The translations under genes and the position numbers were made by a program. The notes beneath the pieces are model-generated. The model did not search any database. It was given only the letters and a program-made list of their open reading frames with translations, and was not told the origin of the DNA. A stretch of DNA of 64,000 bases from Gemmatimonadota bacterium (lineage in GTDB: Bacteria > Gemmatimonadota > Gemmatimonadetes > Gemmatimonadales > GWC2-71-9), in NCBI GenBank assembly GCA_036679605.1, contig JAZDCZ010000324.1, positions 64,001 through 128,000 of the forward strand. Reading direction: 5' to 3'. This document shows, one piece after another, positions 1-8,395 of this stretch; position 1 is the first letter of the stretch; every line of letters starts with the position of its first letter.

Positions 1-94
1 CTCCTTTCAAGGAGCTTCCGCGCAGCGGCCGAGCCCGCGTTTCAACGCGGGAATACCAACCGCGATGTGAAGCGATTGATCGAGGTGCCAGTTA

Positions 95-484
95 CTAGGA
101 CTTGGACACCTCGCTCATCAGCGCTAGTAGGTTGTCCTCCGTGTCTCTGAAGAAAGCGATCCATAGATCGTGGTTCTCGGCCTTGTGGACAAGCGCCGGT
201 TCATGCTCGAAGGTCACCCCCTTAGCGCTTAGGGCACTGCAGGTCGCGTGGATATCGTCGACTCTGTAATAGATGATGGACGCCGGGTGATCGAACTCCG
301 GTTTGTCGGGCAGTCCGAGCAAGAGTCTTACGTCACCACAGATGAAGAATGCCATGTTGGGGGGAGCTTGGAACAGAAAGTTCATGCCAAGCACGTCACG
401 ATAGAACGTGATTGCGCGCTCGAGGTCATGTACGTTGATGGCTATCTGACCGATGCGGGAATTTCCGAGACCTGTGTTCTCCAT
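95..484 (-). CDS. VOC/glyoxalase (bleomycin resistance/dioxygenase) family protein
   Basis: 129 aa; 'IGQIAINVHDLERAITFYRDVLG' and 'FFRDTEDNLLAL' VOC motifs. Confidence 0.85.
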   Translation of the reverse strand: MENTGLGNSRIGQIAINVHDLERAITFYRDVLGMNFLFQAPPNMAFFICGDVRLLLGLPDKPEFDHPASIIYYRVDDIHATCSALSAKGVTFEHEPALVHKAENHDLWIAFFRDTEDNLLALMSEVSKS

Positions 485-615
485 TATGCGTTCCTCTGCT
501 GATCTGCTGGACTGGACGATACCTCGAAGGACGAGACTTCAGGACGGACGGCCTTCAAGCGAACCGAGGATGCCAATGACGAAAGGGCTCAGAGAATCCC
601 CGCCACGCCAAACTA

Positions 616-813
616 CTACATGCCCTTGGTCACTCCGTCCACAACAACCTTCATCACACGGTCACGGGCCGTGTCCACATCCTGCTGCAGTGAGACCTTG
701 GTTCCGAGCAATTTCTTGTGCTCGCGACGCACTATGGCGTCTTCAAGATCTTTTAATGCTCCCCGCAACTGCTGTTGGAATTCGAGTCCTTTGCTGATTG
801 GTGGCTCGGCCAC
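616..813 (-). CDS. Small hypothetical helical protein (65 aa)
   Basis: GTG at 813 preceded by GGAGG RBS; MAEPPISKGLEFQQQLRGALKDLEDAIVRRE...; C-terminal part of ORF 616..915. Confidence 0.6.
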   Translation of the reverse strand: MAEPPISKGLEFQQQLRGALKDLEDAIVRREHKKLLGTKVSLQQDVDTARDRVMKVVVDGVTKGM

Positions 814-1096
814 AAACACCTCCGTGTTCTTCTGAGTTAACCAGTGAATCCTTCCAGTTCCACCACTTGAGCAGTTCCTTTTCAGGTGCCTCTTGCTCCG
901 CATAGTAAACGGCACAGCGGAACACGTACAGCACGCACCGGTCTATGTGAGATCGCCGCAGTCTGCAGAGTTCGTCGTACATGTGTTCGGCACTCTGGCC
1001 TCGGAGATCCGCGACGCAGCTGAAACCCAGGTCGATCAGGCAAGTGGCAATACTGGGACCGACGCCCGGAATCGTCTTGAGGTCTGCACTAATCAC
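743..1096 (-). CDS. Helix-hairpin-helix protein, Cdd1/pathogenicity-locus (mitomycin resistance-like) family
   Basis: 'LKTIPGVGPSIA' HhH, 'DRCVLYVFRCAVYYA', 'LLKWWNWKD'. Confidence 0.8.
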   Translation of the reverse strand: MISADLKTIPGVGPSIATCLIDLGFSCVADLRGQSAEHMYDELCRLRRSHIDRCVLYVFRCAVYYAEQEAPEKELLKWWNWKDSLVNSEEHGGVCGRATNQQRTRIPTAVAGSIKRS

Positions 1097-1107
1097 GTGA
1101 CTTCCTC

Positions 1108-1716
1108 CTATCTTATTTCCGGCCCACCTTTTCTGTTATCTGGCACGAATCGGTTCCGCGCGGGCATCACGACATTGGGTAACGTCTCTGCGTTCATTAC
1201 GGCGTCCTCGGGAATGATCTCATTGCGGACCAGTAGAAACGCTACGAGGCCATAGACCTCGTTCGCGCTCAAAGAACCCGGCGAGCCGAATGGCATGGCA
1301 CGACGAGTATAATCGAATAACGTCGTGGCGTAAGGCCAATAGTTACCGACGGTCATTACGTAACCGAAGCCATTCGCAAAGGGGAATCCCTCCCTCGGGT
1401 TCCTCCCGACGAGACGGGTGGACGGTCCCTCAACGCCACTGGCGCCATGGCACGCCGCGCACTTCGCGGCATAGACAGCCGCGCCCTGTGCTGCCGTGCC
1501 GCTACCCTCTGGAAGGCCGGTGCCGTCGGGCATAATGTCTATGTCCAGTGCAGCGATCTCCTGAGAAGTTGCTGGGCGACCGAACCCAAAGCGAGTGGGG
1601 ATCTGTTCTGATTGGTGTCCAGCTGATCCGATCGTTGCCAGGCGCTCGCCGCTGCATGCCCAGCCCGCTGCAAGCGCGCACATGACCGCGATTCCGTGTT
1701 TCCACTTTGTGCTCAC
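1108..1716 (-). CDS. soxD: Monohaem c-type cytochrome, SoxD-like
   Basis: Signal peptide, CAACH haem motif, 'VGNYWPYATTLFDYTRRAMP' typical of SoxD; directly downstream of soxC. Confidence 0.8.
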   Translation of the reverse strand: MSTKWKHGIAVMCALAAGWACSGERLATIGSAGHQSEQIPTRFGFGRPATSQEIAALDIDIMPDGTGLPEGSGTAAQGAAVYAAKCAACHGASGVEGPSTRLVGRNPREGFPFANGFGYVMTVGNYWPYATTLFDYTRRAMPFGSPGSLSANEVYGLVAFLLVRNEIIPEDAVMNAETLPNVVMPARNRFVPDNRKGGPEIR

Positions 1717-1724
1717 GTCATCAC

Positions 1725-2984
1725 CTAGTCTTCCAGCCCGAATGTAACGATTCCGTCACTCTGCACTCGCCACGCCCGAATGTTGTTAAAATGGTAGTGG
1801 GTTGCCACACCACGCGCCTCCCTCAACTGCTCCAGTGTAGGCTGCACGTAACCCGTCTCATCGACGGCGCGGCTCATTAGCAAGGAATCTTCTCCTTGCC
1901 AATTCCATGGCAGTCGAAAGCGCGTGTGACACCTAGGTAGTACAGGTTGTTCAAGCTTCGCTTCTTGCCAGCTCTTGCCTCCGTCGGTGCTAATATCGAC
2001 ACGAGTGATCTTGCCGCGGCCGGTCCACGCGACCCCTGTAATCTCCCAGTATCCGTGCTCGGCCAGTCGATTGGGATATGCAGGAAACGTGATGATCGAC
2101 TTTGCGTCCATCACGAAACTGAATTGGCGTGCGGTGCCGTCCCGAAGAGGATCTGTGTACTTGGATGTCTCTTCGCGGGTCATGAAGGGCCTGTCGGATA
2201 GCTCGATTCGCCTTATCCATTTGACATTGCTGTTTCCTTCCCAGCCGGGCAGAAACAGCCGTGCCGGATAACCTTGCTCGGGTCTAATGGCTTCACCGTT
2301 CTGACCGTAAGCGATCAAGGCATCGTCTAGAGCCTTGTGCATCGGAATGCTCCGCGTCATCACGGCGGCGTCCGATCCTTCGGCAAGAAACCAAGTCGCA
2401 TCGGAGCTGGCGCCCACCTCCCGGAACAGCGTGGCGAGTGGAACACCGGTCCATTCACTTGTGCTGGTCAGGCCGTCAATCTGTTGTGGCGTTCGTTGTG
2501 GACGGAGCCCTCTGTAGGCGCCGCCTCCGTTGCCGGAGCATTCCAAGAAGTAGACCTGGGATCGTGCCGGAAACCGCTTGAGATCGGCTAGCGTGAATAC
2601 CATCGGTCTCGTAACCATCCCGTGGATCAAGAGTGAATAACCAGCTGGATCGATCTGCGGGACTCCGGCGTGATGGCGCTCGAAGTGTAGGTCCGATGGT
2701 GTCATGATGCCCTGGAGATCCTGAAGGGGGGCGAGCGATCCTTGGGGTGGGTTGCCGTAGGTCATCCGCTGTGGTGCTTCGCTTTGAGCACGTTCTCCAA
2801 CTGAGCGCGCCGGGTGTCCCTGCACCTTTGTCGTGTCCTGGGATCGCTGTGCCGCGGTCACTACAGGGCTCCCGTCCCGCGTCTCGGGAATGATGGCGGC
2901 ACCGAGTGTACCCGCCGCTCCGGCCAAAAGGGTACGCCGGCTGATCCCGGGTTTCTTCTTGGGTGGCTGTTTGCGCAAAGACAT
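1725..2984 (-). CDS. soxC: Sulfite dehydrogenase / sulfane dehydrogenase molybdopterin subunit SoxC
   Basis: Tat signal SRRTLL after ATG 2984; 'HFERHH', Mo-ligand 'ECSGN', 'RPEQGYPARL..PGWEGN', 'SRAVDETGYVQP'. Confidence 0.9.
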   Translation of the reverse strand: MSLRKQPPKKKPGISRRTLLAGAAGTLGAAIIPETRDGSPVVTAAQRSQDTTKVQGHPARSVGERAQSEAPQRMTYGNPPQGSLAPLQDLQGIMTPSDLHFERHHAGVPQIDPAGYSLLIHGMVTRPMVFTLADLKRFPARSQVYFLECSGNGGGAYRGLRPQRTPQQIDGLTSTSEWTGVPLATLFREVGASSDATWFLAEGSDAAVMTRSIPMHKALDDALIAYGQNGEAIRPEQGYPARLFLPGWEGNSNVKWIRRIELSDRPFMTREETSKYTDPLRDGTARQFSFVMDAKSIITFPAYPNRLAEHGYWEITGVAWTGRGKITRVDISTDGGKSWQEAKLEQPVLPRCHTRFRLPWNWQGEDSLLMSRAVDETGYVQPTLEQLREARGVATHYHFNNIRAWRVQSDGIVTFGLED

Positions 2985-2997
2985 ATTGGGCTCGCTC

Positions 2998-4113
2998 CTA
3001 AAACATTCTGATCTTGGTGATTCTTCCTTTAGGTCCCACCGCCCAACCCGACTCAGGAGTTGCGAACGCCACACTCCAATAATCAAGCGTATCCAGAGTT
3101 ACCCAACTCGATCCATTGTCGATAGAGTAATCCAAACCGCCCGGACCTACAGCTACTACAGTGGGAATAGGCGCACCAGGCACGGCAGCGATGCCATAGA
3201 TAGCGCCAGGTAGTTGCGGATGCGAGACCAATCGCCAAGTGTGCCCGCCGTCGATTGTGATGGCCACGTTTTCACTGTATTCGCCTGGTTTGGAAATCTC
3301 ACCGCCAGCCACCATACCGTTCAGATCGTCGCGGAACAGTAACGAAGTTATGCCAGAAGCGTCTCCGCTGACGATGGGTGTGTCCTGCGCAGACCATGTC
3401 TGCCCCTGGTCCGTCGTCTGGAGAACGCGGGCGATCTCACTTGCCCCAGTTCCGAGCCAGGCCGTGCTGTCACCGACCGTAGTCACGCATGTACCACTTG
3501 CGGCGAACCCACCTTCACCGGGAAGCGCAGCTGGAACATTCTTTGAGGGTACCCTATGCCATGTAGTTCCGTCAGATGTGGTGATGATTATGAACTGGCC
3601 GTCGACAGCGTCGCTGAACGCCACCCCGTGTTCGGAGTCCCAAAACGCCATACAGTCAAAAAACGCCTTGGGCTCGGTGTTTTGGAACTGGAGCGCCCAC
3701 GTGCGACCGCCATCGCTCGTCTTGTAAATGCGAGACAGGTCTCCTGAGCCCGCGCTCAATAGGTAGGCGGTACTGGAGTCAACAGCGTGAACGTCTCGGA
3801 ACTGAAGTGAATCGGTGCCAGGCACCACTGAAATCTCCCAGGTCGAGCCGCCATTCGTCGTGCGCGCATAGGTCCCTGATACGCCGCTGGCCCACACCAC
3901 GGATTGATCGACTGGGCTAACAGCTTGGAACCGAATAGACGTACCGGTCGTTTGTTGCGAGAGGACTGGATGGGGGCGAGGCGGATTGACTTCGTTCACG
4001 CATGCACCGAGACCGCATGCTGCGCAAATCATCCCCACTTGCAAGAGTCTCTGCACGTAGTTACAAGGGGCCGAATAAAAACCGTGAGTGGGGTTCAACA
4101 CGCTTACTTGCAC
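2998..4113 (-). CDS. BNR/Asp-box repeat beta-propeller protein (Ycf48-like), probably exported
   Basis: About six T/SxDxGxT/SW Asp-boxes; lipobox-like 'LGAC'; true start probably downstream of 4113. Confidence 0.75.
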   Translation of the reverse strand: MQVSVLNPTHGFYSAPCNYVQRLLQVGMICAACGLGACVNEVNPPRPHPVLSQQTTGTSIRFQAVSPVDQSVVWASGVSGTYARTTNGGSTWEISVVPGTDSLQFRDVHAVDSSTAYLLSAGSGDLSRIYKTSDGGRTWALQFQNTEPKAFFDCMAFWDSEHGVAFSDAVDGQFIIITTSDGTTWHRVPSKNVPAALPGEGGFAASGTCVTTVGDSTAWLGTGASEIARVLQTTDQGQTWSAQDTPIVSGDASGITSLLFRDDLNGMVAGGEISKPGEYSENVAITIDGGHTWRLVSHPQLPGAIYGIAAVPGAPIPTVVAVGPGGLDYSIDNGSSWVTLDTLDYWSVAFATPESGWAVGPKGRITKIRMF

Positions 4114-4223
4114 AAACGTTCTCTCTGGCCCACGGTGGCCGATAAGGGTTTATTCCAGTTGGCAGGATCTATGATCAGGCCGAAGGGTAATAAAAAAACT
4201 ACGCTCGAAAACGTAGTAAATCT

Positions 4224-6035
4224 ATGAAACTACCAATTCAAGAATACCAGACCTGGTGGAGAGCAACTGGACTCCTCGTGGCTGTGTCGCTAGCAGGTTG
4301 TGGTGACGACGCGCAAATCACCGAGCCTGAGCCCATGGAGCGTATAGAACCTGCTGATATCTCCGGTGTCTGGGATTTTACCGAGGTGCTAGTGAGGAGT
4401 GCCCTCGTGGCGGCGTGCCGAGACACTGGTTCTTTCTCTTTCGGAGCCACCGCCAGTTTCTTGTCCGGAGAAGGGGAGCAGGTCGGAACCTGCGGAGGTG
4501 TGATCGGCGAATTCCCGAATGACCGAATCTTCCGGCTGCAGAATGTAGCGGTCGACGACTCCGCGATCAGCTTTGAGGTGGAGAGTGGTTGTAGGTACCG
4601 CGGTTCAATTTTTGCCGGCCCACCTGTGCGCATGGAGGGAGAGTCCGCGTGCAGCATTAATTTCGACGGGAACTGGGTGGCATTTCGCGGCGCGCCTGTG
4701 GCATCGCTCGATTTGCTGCCTGACTCGGTCGAAGTCGTTTTTGGAGAAACGGTCTTTCCGCTTCCAGTTTTGGTGAGTCAAACAGGGGCCCGCGTCTTCA
4801 AACGTCCCCTTACTTGGACCACATCCGATGCTGCGGTGGCTACAGTAACTGACAGTGGGGAGGTACAGGGAGCCGGAACAGGCACCGCAGTGGTGGCCGT
4901 AGCGGTGGAATCACTCGGGGCGCAGATCAACATCGCGTCTCGATTCGTGGATTTCGTGTCGGTCGAAGTCGGCCAATTTCACAGCTGCGGTATATCCACC
5001 GATGGATTTGTGTACTGCTGGGGAGTGAACGATGCCGGGCAGGTCAGCTCGATGCCAAGCGTAGCACCGTGTTTGGGCGTCAGATGCCACCGGGCGCCTA
5101 GCAGAGTAGCGGAAGTACCCCAGTTCGTAAGCGTCAGTGCAGGGTTTCGAAATACGTGCGGTGTGGTGACTGGTGGCGTGGTCTACTGTTGGGGCGTAAA
5201 CGACGCCGGGCAGCTCGGTAATGGGTCGAGCATTATTGCGAGCGACGTGCCGGTCGCGGTGTCGGGCGGCCTCGTGTTTTCCTCGGTTTCCGTAGGTACG
5301 AACCATGTGTGCGGGGTAGTCATGGGCGGTAGCGTGTACTGCTGGGGCTTCAATTTCGATGGAGAATTGGGCACGGGATCCACCGAGTCGCGCAATGTTC
5401 CGACCAAGGTTACCAGTAGCGAGGTATTTGTGTCTGTCACCGGCGGTGAGCGACACACCTGCGGGCTCACTGTCAACGCAATGGCCTATTGTTGGGGTTT
5501 CAATTTTGATGGGCAACTGGGCGCCGATGACTCGACCTTCCAAAGTGCCGTTCCGTTGGCAGTGGCTGGTGGACTGACGTTGGCCGGGGTGAGCGCCGGT
5601 CGGCTCCATACCTGTGGGCTTGCCACTGACGGCAAGACATACTGCTGGGGAGCGAACCGGGACGGTCAACTCGCACAAGATTCCATAGGCTTTAGTCTGG
5701 CGCCTTTGCAGGTGGCCACCGCCCCCGATTTCTCATCGATTACCGCCGCCGGCCGCCACACGTGCGGACTCACGGCCGATGGAACAGCCTTTTGCTGGGG
5801 GAGAGGCGCGGAGGGCCAGCTTGGCGATGCACAGACAGTTGAGCGGAGAACCCCTGTCATGGTGCGAGGTGGCCTCAAATTCACATCGCTGTCGGCAGGT
5901 GGATCCCACACATGTGGTCAAGCGACAGACGGCTTCCTGTATTGTTGGGGCTCTAACGCCGATGGTGAATTAGGGGACAACACACTGAACAGCCGCACGG
6001 TCCCGACGAAAGTGGTTGGCCAGACGGGCACCTAG
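4224..6035 (+). CDS. Lipoprotein with Ig-like (Big_2) domain and 7 RCC1/BLIP-II repeats
   Basis: Lipobox LAGC; 'LTWTTSDAAVATV' Ig-like motif; seven 'HTCG..G..YCWG.N..GQLG' repeats. Confidence 0.85.
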   Translation: MKLPIQEYQTWWRATGLLVAVSLAGCGDDAQITEPEPMERIEPADISGVWDFTEVLVRSALVAACRDTGSFSFGATASFLSGEGEQVGTCGGVIGEFPNDRIFRLQNVAVDDSAISFEVESGCRYRGSIFAGPPVRMEGESACSINFDGNWVAFRGAPVASLDLLPDSVEVVFGETVFPLPVLVSQTGARVFKRPLTWTTSDAAVATVTDSGEVQGAGTGTAVVAVAVESLGAQINIASRFVDFVSVEVGQFHSCGISTDGFVYCWGVNDAGQVSSMPSVAPCLGVRCHRAPSRVAEVPQFVSVSAGFRNTCGVVTGGVVYCWGVNDAGQLGNGSSIIASDVPVAVSGGLVFSSVSVGTNHVCGVVMGGSVYCWGFNFDGELGTGSTESRNVPTKVTSSEVFVSVTGGERHTCGLTVNAMAYCWGFNFDGQLGADDSTFQSAVPLAVAGGLTLAGVSAGRLHTCGLATDGKTYCWGANRDGQLAQDSIGFSLAPLQVATAPDFSSITAAGRHTCGLTADGTAFCWGRGAEGQLGDAQTVERRTPVMVRGGLKFTSLSAGGSHTCGQATDGFLYCWGSNADGELGDNTLNSRTVPTKVVGQTGT

Positions 6036-6166
6036 TTCCTAGGCACTCGGCTATTTCCCAATAAAATCGCGATTTTCTGGCAACGAGTGCTTGCTCGACC
6101 GCTGAGTAATAATTATATAGACGGTGTAACAACTAAGAATATCATGTCCAACGTACCTCAATCCCG

Positions 6167-6838
6167 TTGGGAACCGAGCCTTTGAGTCGAGCTGGAAGAC
6201 CCAAGGCGCCGCTGACTGCGCCGGCCCATCTGATTACCAGGCGGGTGCGGCGGCTGGTAGACCAGGTACATGGCGGGAACCTTCGGCAGGCATGCCAATT
6301 GACGGGTCTGCCATACCCTACGCTACGGGATCTCTACATCGGGGGTACGGTCAATCCCGGCCTAGGAACTCTGGAAACTCTTCGGGCGCCATACGACCTT
6401 GGTCTCGAGTGGTTCACGAATCTTGACGAACCGACTCAGGGCCCGGCTGAGGGCCTCAAGGGTGTGGTGCCGCCCAAACCAGCCGCTGGTGCGAGAGGTC
6501 GATCCTTGAGAGAAGTATTGATTCCGTTTACGGCGTGGCCGATGTACGAGATCATGGTCAAGGTAGAGCGGCGCTTGGCGAGCGAGCGGGTCGGTCCGGA
6601 CCGTGCGATAGTGGCGGAGGCCACGGGCGATGCGTTCACTTTTCGACTCACGACCTTCTTGTTGCAGCCGTTACTGGCAGCGGAGAAGGCGGGCCTCGAA
6701 TCTATTATTCTGACGCTCGCCGAGTTCGAGAGTGGAGCTGACAGCACTGTGATCGAAGCACGTGAGCTGTGGGTCGGGCGGCTTCGGGCGTTGGGTGAAA
6801 CGTGGCAGGCTGTGCTGAGCGAGTTCTTGAGCGACTAG
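6167..6838 (+). CDS. Hypothetical protein with N-terminal XRE-like HTH
   Basis: 'NLRQACQLTGLPYPTLRDLYIGGTVNPGLGTLETL' resembles a Cro/C1 HTH; start uncertain (TTG 6167 or 6182). Confidence 0.55.
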   Translation: MGTEPLSRAGRPKAPLTAPAHLITRRVRRLVDQVHGGNLRQACQLTGLPYPTLRDLYIGGTVNPGLGTLETLRAPYDLGLEWFTNLDEPTQGPAEGLKGVVPPKPAAGARGRSLREVLIPFTAWPMYEIMVKVERRLASERVGPDRAIVAEATGDAFTFRLTTFLLQPLLAAEKAGLESIILTLAEFESGADSTVIEARELWVGRLRALGETWQAVLSEFLSD

Positions 6839-6913
6839 CCGCGCTCTAACATCGCGCCACGTCAAGGGTTGTCATTGTGTTAGGGGGAATGCCAGAAAAC
6901 GATAGATACGTGG

Positions 6914-7135
6914 TCAGTTCTTGTGTCTGAACGTGATCCGGCCGCGACTGAGATCGTACGGCGATACCTCGACAGTGACTCTGTCCCCCGCCAGGACGCG
7001 GATCCGAAAGCGGCGCATCTTGCCGGCTATGGTGCAAAGTACGGTGTGGTCGTTCTCCAGCAGTACACGGAAGGTAGCGTTAGGTAATACTTCAGAGACT
7101 TTGCCTTGAAGTTCTATTGCTTCGTGTTTCGCCAT
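6914..7135 (-). CDS. infA: Translation initiation factor IF-1
   Basis: [28 protein letters not shown]...GKMR...[21 protein letters not shown]. Confidence 0.98.
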   Translation of the reverse strand: MAKHEAIELQGKVSEVLPNATFRVLLENDHTVLCTIAGKMRRFRIRVLAGDRVTVEVSPYDLSRGRITFRHKN

Positions 7136-7212
7136 ATTGGTTGTCTAGATCTCCGGCTCGACTGCGAGTGACCCGTTTATCGCGATGGAATCGCAGGGCC
7201 TAGAACGGACAA

Positions 7213-7247
7213 GGGGGCGGCCCAGGCATAGAACCCGGACAGCCCCC
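7213..7247 (-). terminator. GC-rich stem-loop between the csp remnant and infA
   Basis: Minus strand GGGGGCUGUCCGGG-UUCUAUG-CCUGGGCCGCCCCC followed by UUGUCCGUUCU. Confidence 0.55.
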
Positions 7248-7260
7248 AGGTCACAACTGC

Positions 7261-7345
7261 TTAGAGGTTGGATATCGCTCAGGTCTCTACCCTAGTCATA
7301 GCCCTAGGTGTCATTGGACCACTTTGCTTTCCCGATGGTGCGCAT
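7261..7345 (-). pseudogene. Cold-shock protein (CspA family) remnant
   Basis: GGGGAG RBS then ATG 7345: MRTIGKAKWSNDT*GYD*, matching the Csp N-terminus MxTGxVKWFNDxKGYG; two in-frame TAG codons; most of the gene is missing. Confidence 0.75.
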
Positions 7346-7479
7346 GTGTCGTACTCCCCAAATTGATTCGTCAGAGTCCGGCACTGTCGCACAGACCGAC
7401 TACTGATCACCGCTCGGATTCGAGCCCCCGCGCTTGGGCTACAACCGTTCCACGACGGTCGACTATCTCAGGTAGACCC

Positions 7480-7511
7480 AAAAAGAGGACCTGCGCACGA
7501 GCCAGGTCCTC
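7480..7511 (-). terminator. Intrinsic terminator or attenuator-like hairpin
   Basis: Perfect 9-bp stem GAGGACCTG/CAGGTCCTC followed by TTTTT on the minus strand. Confidence 0.65.
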
Positions 7512-7528
7512 AACCTGTCCTAATCCCC

Positions 7529-7557
7529 AACATAGCCCCCCTCCCCGTTCGTGTCAA
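7529..7557 (-). promoter_or_regulatory. Sigma70-type promoter for the csp-infA region
   Basis: Minus strand TTGACA (7557-7552), 17-nt spacer, TATGTT (7534-7529). Confidence 0.65.
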
Positions 7558-7579
7558 AACGCCACCAGCGCCGCAGTAT

Positions 7580-8344
7580 TCACTTTGCAGCAAACCGCTC
7601 GAGGAAATCCCGCTCTTCAGAACTCAGGCTGGAAACACCGCTCTCATTGATCTTATCTAGCACGCGATCCAACTCTTCGCGGTTCACAGGGTGCAAGTCT
7701 TCACGGCTGATTCGCGACCATTTTTTGACCTCGGCTTGATCAGGTCGCACTCCCCGCTTCGCGGGTGTCTGAGCCTGCGAGCGAAACTGCCCGGCAGGGG
7801 ACCTGCGTTCCCACCACTTGAGATAAAGGAACCCTCCCAAGAAACCGCCGAGATGAGCGAAATGTGCGACCCCTCCTCCTGCGCCGCCGAAGCCGGCGTA
7901 GAGCGAGAACACAGTCATTACAATGACCAACGTACGCGCTTCGATCGGGAGGATTCCCCAAATGTAGATCCTGTCTTTCGGCCAGTATTTTGCGAAGCCG
8001 AGCAGCACTCCAAAAACTGCGCCCGACGCCCCGACGATGGCTACCCGGGGTGTGAGCGGTATCGAAAGGATCGCTCCCATGAGGCCGCTCACGAAATAGA
8101 GCGTCAGAAACGGTCGGCCTCCCAGTCTCGATTCGAGTCGCGGCCCAAAAAAATACAGCGCCAACATGTTGAAGAATATGTGCCCAAATCCGGCGTGGAG
8201 AAACATATAGGTGACGAGCGTCCACGGCCGGATCAGCGCAAACATTGGTATGAACATCAACTGCGTTTCTATATTCGGGAACACTCGTGTCAGGAAGAAC
8301 AGCGCGACGTTCGCGTATAGAATTCGGGTTACCCAAGGAGTCAT
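7580..8344 (-). CDS. Rhomboid family intramembrane serine protease
   Basis: 'HIFFNM', catalytic 'GASG', 'AHFAHLGG'; C-terminal 'LDRVLDKINESGVSSLS' extension. Confidence 0.92.
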   Translation of the reverse strand: MTPWVTRILYANVALFFLTRVFPNIETQLMFIPMFALIRPWTLVTYMFLHAGFGHIFFNMLALYFFGPRLESRLGGRPFLTLYFVSGLMGAILSIPLTPRVAIVGASGAVFGVLLGFAKYWPKDRIYIWGILPIEARTLVIVMTVFSLYAGFGGAGGGVAHFAHLGGFLGGFLYLKWWERRSPAGQFRSQAQTPAKRGVRPDQAEVKKWSRISREDLHPVNREELDRVLDKINESGVSSLSSEERDFLERFAAK

Positions 8345-8395
8345 GCGACGAAGGGTAGATGCATGACTGCGCGTGCGCTAGACTCCGACCTTGGC

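Noticed and set aside
4957..6020. Periodic DNA repeats as a possible CRISPR array or DGR
   Set aside because: They are degenerate coding RCC1 repeats; no identical direct repeats with spacers and no cas or RT genes.
7411..7432. GGATTCGAGCCC tRNA T-arm-like string
   Set aside because: Only a short hairpin in the csp leader; no D-arm or anticodon arm.
7324..7650. 108-aa plus-strand ORF in the infA-rhomboid gap
   Set aside because: No RBS or protein-like pattern; the region is explained by the minus-strand promoter, leader and csp remnant.
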